Source: Candidatus Magasanikbacteria bacterium RIFOXYD2_FULL_41_14
Lineage (GTDB): Bacteria > Patescibacteriota > Patescibacteriia > Magasanikbacterales > GWA2-37-8
DNA: 64,000 nt
Assembly (NCBI GenBank): GCA_001784475.1
Contig: MFRE01000022.1
Coordinates: 44,234 to 108,233, forward strand
Direction: 5' to 3'
The translations under genes and the position numbers were made by a program. Under the pieces are notes generated by a model that had not been told where the DNA came from, did not search any database, and saw only the letters and a program-made list of their open reading frames with translations. Shown in pieces: positions 56,346 through 64,000 of the stretch (its first letter is position 1; every line of letters starts with the position of its first letter).

Positions 56346-57218
56346 CTACACTGCTATTGGAAATGAAATTTTTGGATGGCTCTGGTAATTCATCAATTCC
56401 GTATCCGCATATTGCCAATCAAAAATATTGGTGAACTTATCGGTTTTAATTTGAGGTAGGTGATATGTGTTCGGGTCACGGGCTAATTGTTCGCGTGCGC
56501 CTTCCATATGGTTGGAATAAATATGCACGTCCGCCAAAAATCCCACTAGTTTGCCTTCTTTTAGGCCAGTTTCTTTGGCAAGCAGATGCAACAAAGTTGC
56601 ATATGAAGCAATGTTAAATGGCAGTCCAAGCATCGTGTCAACCGAGCGTTGGTTCCAGAGTAAATTCAGTCGGCCTTTAATTACTGTCACCTGAAAACAA
56701 TAGTGGCAAGGTGGTAAAGCCATTTCCGAGATTTTGGATGGGTTCCAGGCCGAAACAATCATTCGACGGTCAGTGGGATTGGATTTAATTTTCTCCACTA
56801 GGTTGTTAAATTGATCAATACCTTGGCCGGAATAGTCGGTGTCGTAAGAAATATAGTCAGCATTGAAATGTCGCCATTGAAAACCATAAATTGGTCCGAG
56901 GTCGCGTTCTTCGGCCATTTTTTGTTTAGTTTCTTCATCATGGGCATAAGGAACTTTTTTTGGATTACACCACTCGTCCCAAATATGGCAATTTCGTTCT
57001 TTTAGCCATTCTTTGTCGGTAAGCCCTTTGATAAAAAATTCTAATTCGGAAGTTATAACTTTAAATGGCATTTTTTTGGTAGTCAAAAGCGGAAAGCCGG
57101 CTGCCATGTCATGTTCAAACATTGCGCCAGCAATTGCCAAAGTGCCGGTACCAGTGCGATCATCTTTTTGTTCGCCTTTTTCCAAAATTGTTTTGACGAT
57201 GTTTAGGTATGATTGCAT
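56346..57218 (-). CDS. thyA: thymidylate synthase (ThyA type)
   Basis: MQSYLNIVKTILEKGEQKDDRTGTGT..., catalytic ALPPCHYCFQ. The listed ORF, extended to 57299, runs through the upstream repeat element. Confidence 0.9.
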   Translation of the reverse strand: MQSYLNIVKTILEKGEQKDDRTGTGTLAIAGAMFEHDMAAGFPLLTTKKMPFKVITSELEFFIKGLTDKEWLKERNCHIWDEWCNPKKVPYAHDEETKQKMAEERDLGPIYGFQWRHFNADYISYDTDYSGQGIDQFNNLVEKIKSNPTDRRMIVSAWNPSKISEMALPPCHYCFQVTVIKGRLNLLWNQRSVDTMLGLPFNIASYATLLHLLAKETGLKEGKLVGFLADVHIYSNHMEGAREQLARDPNTYHLPQIKTDKFTNIFDWQYADTELMNYQSHPKISFPIAV

Positions 57219-57235
57219 ATATTTATTTTGTTTAC

Positions 57236-57313
57236 TGTCATTTCGGACTAGATCCGAAATCCAGTCGTTGTTTTTATTGACCGCTGGATCCCCGATCAAG
57301 TCGGGGATGACAG
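57236..57313. repeat. MITE-like element (GTCATTTCGGACTAGATCCGAAATCCAG...CTGGATCCCCGATCAAGTCGGGGATGAC)
   Basis: Lies between the dut stop and the thyA start. Confidence 0.6.
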
Positions 57314-57329
57314 TTGAATCTTGCGATGT

Positions 57330-57752
57330 TTATTTTCCTGTACTTCCGAAACTTCCTAGCCCGCGGGATGCTTCTGATAATTCCCCAACCTCTTGAAGTT
57401 TGGCGATAGCCACAGGATAAATTATCAATTGCGCGATTTTATGGCCGGTTTCAATTTTATATGGTTCTTGGCCTAAATTTATCAGTTGTACATTGTATTC
57501 ACCGCGATAGCCAGCGTCAAATACTCCGCCCATTGTATGAATGCCGCCGTTTTTTGGTAAAGAACTTTTATCTTTCACAATCGCCGCGTAGCCGGTTTCA
57601 AACTCCAGCGCAAAACCAATAAAAAAAATTTTTCGTTCGCCTGGTTGTAAATTGTAGTCCTCAAGCGAATACAAATCCATGCCCACATCACCTGGGTAGG
57701 CGTAGGTGGGTAATATTGCGTCTGGTTTTAAGCGTTTAATTTTAACTTGCAT
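57330..57752 (-). CDS. dut: dUTP diphosphatase
   Basis: 140 aa, conserved dUTPase motifs (GYAAIVKDKSS..., GGVFDAGYRGE, RGLGSFGSTG). Confidence 0.9.
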   Translation of the reverse strand: MQVKIKRLKPDAILPTYAYPGDVGMDLYSLEDYNLQPGERKIFFIGFALEFETGYAAIVKDKSSLPKNGGIHTMGGVFDAGYRGEYNVQLINLGQEPYKIETGHKIAQLIIYPVAIAKLQEVGELSEASRGLGSFGSTGK

Positions 57753-58296
57753 ATTTTTTGACCAGCGCGTCCAACTGGGCGTGTAGATTTTCCATTGAGC
57801 CGTTATTATCGATGTGTTCGGTCGCGTGTTTTACTACGTCTAATATGCTCAATTCCGTAGAACGTTTATGGTCCTCTAAAAATTGTTCGTAAGTTTTGGT
57901 GTTGTCGTCTGAATTTTCACCACGTTTTGTCAGTCGTTCGTAACGAGTTTTTGGTTCGGCAAAAATTTCTATTAAGACAAAATTTGGTAATTGTGATAAA
58001 TATTCAATATCAGCCATTCGACGGATTCCTTCCACCACCACTAAATTATTGGTAGCGGCTTGCGCGTCGCCGGCAATGGCTTTGGCCAAGGTATTTTCAC
58101 CAAAAGTTGTGCGGATACATTCCGACATTTTAATCAAAAAATCACGCGATTGTTCCAGATAAATGCGATTTAGCAGGTCGCGCAAAATTGTGGAATAGCG
58201 GAAAGTATCGGCTTGATATTTTGTTTCTAAATATTTTGCCACCGTGCCCTTACCGCTTGATAGTAATCCGGTAAATCCTAAAATTATTTTATTCAT
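57742..58296 (-). CDS. P-loop nucleoside/nucleotide kinase (putative dNMP kinase)
   Basis: 184 aa, P-loop GLLSSGKGTV. Embedded in the dNTP-metabolism cluster. Confidence 0.5.
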   Translation of the reverse strand: MNKIILGFTGLLSSGKGTVAKYLETKYQADTFRYSTILRDLLNRIYLEQSRDFLIKMSECIRTTFGENTLAKAIAGDAQAATNNLVVVEGIRRMADIEYLSQLPNFVLIEIFAEPKTRYERLTKRGENSDDNTKTYEQFLEDHKRSTELSILDVVKHATEHIDNNGSMENLHAQLDALVKKYAS

Positions 58297-58302
58297 AAAT
58301 TT

Positions 58303-58773
58303 TTATTTAGCCCAATCCGACACATACTGTCGGCATTTAATTCCGGCGGCGTCAAACAACCGGCGGGCGGCGGTAAACGCATCCACCCCGTGGTATTTAT
58401 CGCTTTCAAAGATCACTTCAGTAATGCCGTTTTGAATGATGGTTTTAGCGCATTCGTTGCAAGGATAGAGACAAGAATATACCCGCCCGCCTTTGACCGA
58501 CATGTTGGCGTTATAAATCGCATTTTCTTCCGCGTGGCACATGTAGGCATATTTGGTCTCTAAAAATCCACCTTCGCGTTCCCAAGGGAGCTGGTCGGCT
58601 TCAATTCCGCGCGGAAATCCATTGTAGCCCATGCCAAGTACAACATTGTTCGTGTCAACAACCACAGCACCCACTTGTGAAGAAGGGTCTTTGGAGCGTT
58701 CGGCAATCACATGCGCCATGCGCATAAAACATTCATCCCAAGAAATAGTATTTTCACGAGGAGAAATAGTCAT
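58303..58773 (-). CDS. dCMP deaminase (CMP/dCMP-type zinc deaminase)
   Basis: HAEENAI...PCNECAKTII zinc-binding motifs. Confidence 0.85.
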   Translation of the reverse strand: MTISPRENTISWDECFMRMAHVIAERSKDPSSQVGAVVVDTNNVVLGMGYNGFPRGIEADQLPWEREGGFLETKYAYMCHAEENAIYNANMSVKGGRVYSCLYPCNECAKTIIQNGITEVIFESDKYHGVDAFTAARRLFDAAGIKCRQYVSDWAK

Positions 58774-58802
58774 AAAACTTGTTTAGTTTAATAATGAAAT
58801 TG

Positions 58803-58838
58803 TATCAAAAAACCGCCATTGGGGCAAGGGGCGGTTTT
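58803..58838. terminator. bidirectional hairpin terminator (AAAACCGCC...GGCGGTTTT)
   Basis: Read directly. T-tract on the minus strand follows the 58858-59940 gene. Confidence 0.5.
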
Positions 58839-58857
58839 TAAAGTAGATAAAATGGAA

Positions 58858-59940
58858 TTATAGTGATACTTTTATCAAGCCGTTATTAGCATTTAGTTTT
58901 ATTGTCACCCCATTTTTTATTTTGCTTTTTTCAATTTCTGGGCAAATAATGTAAGGTTTTTTTAGTTCACGAGCGATAATTGACATATGCGAAAGACAGT
59001 TGCCATTTTTGGTGATAACACCGGCTGCTTTTCTTAGGAAAGGCAAATGTTTTAATGTCATGAGTGGGCATACTAATATGTCATTTTTGTTAATTGAATC
59101 TTTGCTGGGATCTTTGATGGTTCTTTTTTTTCCGATTGCGACTCCTGGGCTGGCGCTAGTTCCACTAAGATAAATTGATTTTTCTTTTGGGATTTGTGTG
59201 TAAGTAAAAACTTTTTTTATTTCTCTATCGTAATCATTTAAAATAAATTTGTTATTGGTATAAATTCTGAATTCAAAGTATCCCTCAATATATTTTTTTT
59301 GATTAAATTTAATGTGCGATTTTTTTAGAAGATTTCTTTTTGAAATACTATTCGCCTGGAGACGTTGTGCGATTCTCATCACCCGTTTTTTTTCTATCAG
59401 TGGGATGTTTTGAGAAAAATACCATTTTTTAAAGTTGTAAATAAAATATGTCGGTTTATGATTTTGCGTTCCATAAATTAGTTGCCACAAATCGCCGCTG
59501 ATTATTTCCCCAACTATTTGGTTCTTTGTTATTACGATAATGCCGGAATAAGCAATTTTATGATAGGGGAATATATGTAGCGGGCCGTAGTTTTTGGATG
59601 TTATATTTTGTTTTTTAATCCAAAGCAAAGCTTCTTTAACTGTTTTTTGTCTAGCGCGTTTTTTGTAAAAGTTTTTTTTGTTTGGAAGTATTCGCCAGTC
59701 AAATATTTTTGTTTTCTTTATCTTCTCTAATATTTTTGGATTGTTTATAAAAGTCTCCAGTTCTATTTTAAGGCAGTGTTTACACTCAAACCCTAAAATT
59801 TTTGACAGTTTTTCCAGTCGAATTTCTTTAGTGCGATCTTCATACTCAATCGACTTGGCCCGTTTACTGCCAATAATTTTAAATAATTCTGTTAAAGGCG
59901 GTATTGACTCTCTGAGAATTTTTTCAGGCGTTAATTTCAT
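58858..59940 (-). CDS. protein with C-terminal PEP-utilizing-enzyme mobile (swivel His) domain; N-terminal ~250 aa unknown
   Basis: C-terminal GTSASPGVAIG...NGNCLSHMSIIARELKKPYIICPE matches the PEP-utilizers motif. Extremely Lys/AT-rich. The start overlaps the upstream gene stop (ATGA). Confidence 0.55.
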   Translation of the reverse strand: MKLTPEKILRESIPPLTELFKIIGSKRAKSIEYEDRTKEIRLEKLSKILGFECKHCLKIELETFINNPKILEKIKKTKIFDWRILPNKKNFYKKRARQKTVKEALLWIKKQNITSKNYGPLHIFPYHKIAYSGIIVITKNQIVGEIISGDLWQLIYGTQNHKPTYFIYNFKKWYFSQNIPLIEKKRVMRIAQRLQANSISKRNLLKKSHIKFNQKKYIEGYFEFRIYTNNKFILNDYDREIKKVFTYTQIPKEKSIYLSGTSASPGVAIGKKRTIKDPSKDSINKNDILVCPLMTLKHLPFLRKAAGVITKNGNCLSHMSIIARELKKPYIICPEIEKSKIKNGVTIKLNANNGLIKVSL

Positions 59941-60965
59941 ATTTTATGCAAAATTGTCATGTGTTTCTCTGTTTCTTTGATTATTTTTCTGGCGTTGGCT
60001 ATTGTATAGGCAGGGCGTCTGCCGAAAGCTGTTTCGTGGCATAGCATTATGCCGTCAACACCAGCCATTACCATGTTAGTCAAGTCGGATATTTCTGATC
60101 GATTAGGTATATATGAATTTATCGTACTGTCTAATATTTGAGTAGAGATTATTATTTTTTTTTGTTTTTTCTTGATCAAGCTAATTATATTTTTTTGTAG
60201 TATTCCCATTTGTTCAAATGGTACACTGACACCGACATCGCCTCTTTCCCACAATATCATAGAGTAATTATTATCATCACAGATGGTATCTAATTCTTCC
60301 GAAGTAATTTTTTTGGTAATCTTGATAATTATTTTTATGTGTTCTTTGTTCGGAATCATTGCTTTTAGCGCTTCATTAATTTTGAGGTTAAAAAATGGAA
60401 TCGCGATGTAGTTTGGGCGTGTATCTAAGGCCAAAGGAACAGTTTTTTGGTAAAAATTCAAAATATGTTTTTCATCCAGATATTGAAAGCCAAAGATATT
60501 AAATGGTTTTTTGAAAAAAATCGTTCCCGTATTTAATATTTTAGCTTTCACTGTGTCTTGGTCGATAATGTTAATTATTTGTATGGCTATTTCTCCATCG
60601 CCAATAGTTATTGTCTGATTAAGTTTAACAATTTCTCCCAGCCTGGCCACATTAACAGGGACGAACTCATTGCAATCCATTGTGTGGCTTGCTGATTTAA
60701 ACAAAAATTCTTCATTTTCTTGGACGGCGAACGACTTTGTTTCAAAATCTCCCAAACGCGGTTTTAACGCGGGAAGATCAATTAAAATTTTAGTATCGGC
60801 ATTAAGGCTATAAATTATCTCTTGGCTGTTTTTAATATTGGTTCTATTTTCTTCTAATGTTCGATAAGCAAAATTATACCTAAGAACATCAGCTCCGGCG
60901 AGAATTATTTTTTTTATTTTATCTTCAGATAGCGAGTTGACCCCGAGTGAGGCAATTATAAGCAT
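59937..60965 (-). CDS. pyruvate-kinase-like TIM-barrel domain protein (no C-terminal PK domain)
   Basis: ILAGADVLRYNFAY, MILWERGDVGVSVPFEQ and ISTQILDSTINSYIPNRSEISDLTNMVMAGVDGIMLCHETAFGRRP align with the PK A-domain motifs. Confidence 0.6.
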   Translation of the reverse strand: MLIIASLGVNSLSEDKIKKIILAGADVLRYNFAYRTLEENRTNIKNSQEIIYSLNADTKILIDLPALKPRLGDFETKSFAVQENEEFLFKSASHTMDCNEFVPVNVARLGEIVKLNQTITIGDGEIAIQIINIIDQDTVKAKILNTGTIFFKKPFNIFGFQYLDEKHILNFYQKTVPLALDTRPNYIAIPFFNLKINEALKAMIPNKEHIKIIIKITKKITSEELDTICDDNNYSMILWERGDVGVSVPFEQMGILQKNIISLIKKKQKKIIISTQILDSTINSYIPNRSEISDLTNMVMAGVDGIMLCHETAFGRRPAYTIANARKIIKETEKHMTILHKI

Positions 60966-61014
60966 GCTGTTATGCTTAAAACACCCCTGTAAGAAGGGGT
61001 GTTAAGTTTATTAA

Positions 61015-61689
61015 CTATTGAGCGACTTTGATGGCTGGACCCATTGTAGTACACAAGGACAAGCTTTGAATGTAAGTGCCCTTAGCAGTGGCCGGCTTGG
61101 CCTTGTTTAAAGTTTCCAGAAAGGCCGTCAAGTTTTCTTTAAGTTGTGTTGGTGTAAAACTTACCCGACCAACGAGCTGATGAATATTAGCTCCGTCGTC
61201 GTTTTTAAAGGTTACTTTTCCTTTTTTTAATTCTTCAATCATTTTTTTCAGATTCGGTCCGACAGTTTCAGTTTTCGGATTAGGCATCAAACCTTTCGGG
61301 CCAAGCACTTTGGCGGCTACGGCTAATTTCGGCATCATATCTGGGGTAGTAACAGCGATTTCAAAATTTATTTTACCGGTGTCTTTGATTTTTTTAATGT
61401 CTTCTTCGCCATAAACGAAATCTGCGCCCGCTTCTTTGGCTTCTTTTTCTTTATCCGCGCTGACAAAAGCGGCGACTGTTTTGGTTTTACCAGTTCCGTG
61501 TGGTAATACCACGGTCGCGCGTACCTGTTGTTCACCTTTTTTGGTGTCAATGCCCAAATGAGCATGTACCTCAATACCAGCGTCAAATTTGACTCCGGAA
61601 GTTTCCTGGGCGAGTTTAATCGCCTCATCTAAACTATAAACCTTGTCCTTCTCCACTTTGGAGGCAAAACCTTGCAGTCTTTTTCCCAT
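61015..61689 (-). CDS. rplA: 50S ribosomal protein L1
   Basis: 224 aa, MGKRLQGFASKVEKDKVYSLDEAI..., L1 family. Confidence 0.9.
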   Translation of the reverse strand: MGKRLQGFASKVEKDKVYSLDEAIKLAQETSGVKFDAGIEVHAHLGIDTKKGEQQVRATVVLPHGTGKTKTVAAFVSADKEKEAKEAGADFVYGEEDIKKIKDTGKINFEIAVTTPDMMPKLAVAAKVLGPKGLMPNPKTETVGPNLKKMIEELKKGKVTFKNDDGANIHQLVGRVSFTPTQLKENLTAFLETLNKAKPATAKGTYIQSLSLCTTMGPAIKVAQ

Positions 61690-61911
61690 ACGATTTAATT
61701 TTCAGTGGTACAAACTCCAGCCCGCCGGATGGCGGGGGCCAGATCCCACCTGTAATAAGTATATAGGATTTTAGCTCATTTTACGATTTTTGTCAAGCCC
61801 TTGGTGTAGTCAGGGGGCTTGACAAAATGGCCAATTTGTGCATATTCGCCCGCGCTAAACTGCCCCAAACGCCAAAGCTTGGCTTTTGGAAACAAAGGTG
61901 GTAGAATAAGG

Positions 61912-63192
61912 CCTATGGAACGCATAGTACAACTAACAATTGAAAAAATGGTATTTGGCGGGCAAGGCCTGGCGCGCTTAAATGGCAAGGCCTATTTTGT
62001 TTGGAATGCTTTGCCAGGTGAGGTAGTGGAGGCGCGCTTAATCAAAAGCAAGAAGGATTACTGTGAGGCGCAAGCTATTAGAATTTTGTCGCCTTCGCCT
62101 GACCGGATTGAACCTTTGGAAGCCCACTATTTATCGTGCAGTCCTTGGCAAGTAGCGGTTTGGGATAAAGAAAATGAGTGGAAGCAGTTGATGTCCATTG
62201 AAACTTATCGCAAGGTAGGTGGTTTGGATTTAACGCCGGATATATTTTATCTGGATGAATTTCAAACGGGCTATCGCAACAAAATGGAATATAGCTTTAC
62301 TGATTTGCCGAGTGGCAAGATGTCGTTAGCGTTTTTTAATCGCGGCGAGCACGGCCGCGCCGCCCATGAGGGGTGTATGTTGGCTGATCCGGCGATTAAC
62401 GAAGTAGCCGAAAAAATACTAAAGTGGGTTAATAAATATAAAATTCCTTACCGCTCTTTAAAAAGTTTGATTGTACGTTCTAATAATTTGGGCGAAACTA
62501 TCGCTGGATTATTTATTAAAGACCGGCTGGATTTTAAAGACTATCCGGAGTTAACGAAAAAGTTTTTAGGTTTTCAAATATATTTTTCTATTTATAACTC
62601 TCCAGCATCAGTGCCGACTGAATCGCTTTACCAAAGTGGTCAGGATTTTTTGACCGCACAAATTTTGGGGACAAAATTAAAGTTTGGCTTGTTAAGTTTT
62701 TTTCAGGTGCATATTCCTGTTTTTGAAAAAGCCTTGGCTGATATGAATGAGTGGGTGGAAAAAGGGGATACAGCCGTGGATTTTTATTCGGGCGTCGGGG
62801 CGATTAGTTTGCCTTTGCGCGACAAGTTGGCCGGGGCAATTTTAGTGGATAACAATAGTGAGGCAATAGAATACGCCAAATTAAATATTAAATTAAATAA
62901 GGCGAAAAATTTTTCAGCTGAGTGTGTGCCGGCGGAAAAAATAACAGAACTAATTGAGTCCGATAAAGTTTTAATTTTGGATCCACCTCGGGCGGGGTTG
63001 CATCAAGATGTGACCGCAAAAATTTTAGCAGAAAAACCAAAAAAGATTTTATATTTGTCTTGTAATTTATCCACACAGGCGCGTGATTTAAAGGCGCTCA
63101 CTGCCGGGGGGTACAAAATTAAATTCTCACGACTTTATAATTTCTTCCCGCGCACGCCTCATGTGGAGGGTTTGGTGGTATTGGAGATATAG
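61912..63192 (+). CDS. rlmD: 23S rRNA (uracil-5-)-methyltransferase RlmD/RumA-like (TRAM plus SAM methyltransferase)
   Basis: MERIVQLTIEKMVFGGQGLAR (TRAM), DPPRAG motif, C-terminal nucleophile region. The listed ORF starts 93 nt upstream, but Met at 61912 fits the family. Confidence 0.75.
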   Translation, partial: PMERIVQLTIEKMVFGGQGLARLNGKAYFVWNALPGEVVEARLIKSKKDYCEAQAIRILSPSPDRIEPLEAHYLSCSPWQVAVWDKENEWKQLMSIETYRKVGGLDLTPDIFYLDEFQTGYRNKMEYSFTDLPSGKMSLAFFNRGEHGRAAHEGCMLADPAINEVAEKILKWVNKYKIPYRSLKSLIVRSNNLGETIAGLFIKDRLDFKDYPELTKKFLGFQIYFSIYNSPASVPTESLYQSGQDFLTAQILGTKLKFGLLSFFQVHIPVFEKALADMNEWVEKGDTAVDFYSGVGAISLPLRDKLAGAILVDNNSEAIEYAKLNIKLNKAKNFSAECVPAEKITELIESDKVLILDPPRAGLHQDVTAKILAEKPKKILYLSCNLSTQARDLKALTAGGYKIKFSRLYNFFPRTPHVEGLVVLEI

Positions 63193-63207
63193 AAGCACGA
63201 CATTGAT

Positions 63208-63236
63208 TGTCATCCCCGTGACAACGGGGATCCAGT
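63208..63236. repeat. half-copy of the GTCATCCCCG-family element (GTCATCCCCGTGACAACGGGGATCCAG)
   Basis: Read directly. Followed by an ATGTCAAGTTTGACAT hairpin plus T6 terminator at 63276-63298. Confidence 0.5.
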
Positions 63237-63296
63237 CGTCTGGTATAATTATTAATTTCAAAATCAAAATTTCTAATGTCAAGTTTGACATTTTTT

Positions 63297-63902
63297 CTAA
63301 AAATTCCCATCTTTTAGGAATTTTTTTGTTGCATTAATTACATCATTCGCATAAGTAATAAACGTGTGAGCGTGGGGAGTGATTATAAATTTTTTGGTAT
63401 TTTTTAGGAGAGCCAATTGCAATGGCACTTTGTGATCATATTTTCCGGCGATAATTCCGTACTCATAATCGGGTTCGGGTAGCGTGTTTGATAAACTAGT
63501 TTCAGCAGTTTTCAGTTGTTTTAAAACTGGTCCGAAGATTAAATGGGCTATTTTAAATTTGCTTAAAATGTCGGCGTATTTTGAACCATGATTAGGTGTG
63601 GCAATCATCACTACCCGACCAACATTTTTTAGTGGGTGGTGAGTTAAAAAATATCGCACGATTATACCGCCCAACGAATAGGTGACAAAATTAATTTTTT
63701 TGGTCGCGTCTGGGCAATTTTTTAGTAGGGAAGTGCTTAAGTATTTTTCCGCGAGTTCTTCCACTGGAGCGCGATAAGATGGGTAGGGAACGTTGATGGC
63801 TGTGTAACCTTCTTTGGCGAGTGCTTTTTCTAAACGGCGCATTGTTCTTGTCGTGCGCCAAAGGCCATGCAATAAGACAGCATAATCTTTTTGGTTTGGC
63901 AT
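63297..63902 (-). CDS. alpha/beta-fold hydrolase (esterase/lipase-like)
   Basis: 201 aa, nucleophile elbow YSLGG. Confidence 0.6.
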   Translation of the reverse strand: MPNQKDYAVLLHGLWRTTRTMRRLEKALAKEGYTAINVPYPSYRAPVEELAEKYLSTSLLKNCPDATKKINFVTYSLGGIIVRYFLTHHPLKNVGRVVMIATPNHGSKYADILSKFKIAHLIFGPVLKQLKTAETSLSNTLPEPDYEYGIIAGKYDHKVPLQLALLKNTKKFIITPHAHTFITYANDVINATKKFLKDGNF

Positions 63903-64000
63903 ATTACTGTTTTTTTAACCACCATTTTTAATAATTGGTACTGTCATGGTTGAGAGCACAAAGCCCAGAGTCGGCACAATAGCATTAATAAATGGCTTAG

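Noticed and set aside
57219-57299. N-terminal 27 codons of the listed thyA ORF
   Set aside because: They translate the MITE (GDP from GGATCCCC). The canonical ThyA N-terminus begins at Met 57218.
63903-64000. Possible partial minus-strand ORF at the window end
   Set aside because: Too short to assess. No motif.

Overview
This 64 kb window looks like a chromosomal segment from a small, low-GC bacterial genome. It is most consistent with a Candidate Phyla Radiation (Patescibacteria)-type organism; this is an inference from gene content and protein style, not from a search. I found no rRNA, tRNA or CRISPR array.

Housekeeping genes on both strands:
- gyrA (partial, runs off the 5' end), rpsA, ftsH, thrS, ileS, ruvA, gatB, rplA and an RlmD-like rRNA methyltransferase.
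- A pyrimidine/arginine block: pyrF-pyrE-pyrK-pyrD, then argG fused to a C-terminal MGS-like domain, then argH.
- A thymidylate block: dCMP deaminase, a P-loop kinase, dut, thyA, folA, tmk.
- trxB, rpe and rpiB.

Accessory and unusual content:
1. A cell-surface locus at 3.6-10.9 kb: a DUF2341/LamG-like protein, a paralogous small secreted protein, a dockerin-bearing protein with a poly-Gly linker, and two cohesin-like membrane-anchored proteins. A PilB/GspE-type ATPase with atypical membrane-protein neighbours lies nearby (14.6-18.6 kb).
2. A dispersed family of hairpin-forming, MITE-like repeats with GTCATCCCGA...TCGGGATGAC termini, in at least 10 intergenic copies. One copy is inserted in-frame inside gatB.
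3. A second, three-copy perfect palindrome (TGTCCGTACACGTGTACGGACA). One copy sits inside the rpe coding sequence without changing protein length.
4. Two AT-rich gene pairs that look horizontally acquired: a nucleotidyltransferase-Nudix fusion with an unknown 419-aa partner, and a pyruvate-kinase-like barrel gene translationally coupled to a PEP-utilizer swivel-domain gene.
5. Several promoter/terminator-bounded non-coding candidates: a T-box-like leader upstream of ileS, a roughly 220-nt sRNA candidate upstream of a GNAT gene, and leader/attenuator structures upstream of rpsA and of a tandem ATP-grasp ligase gene.

All calls rest on reading the translated ORFs and the DNA by eye. No database search was run.
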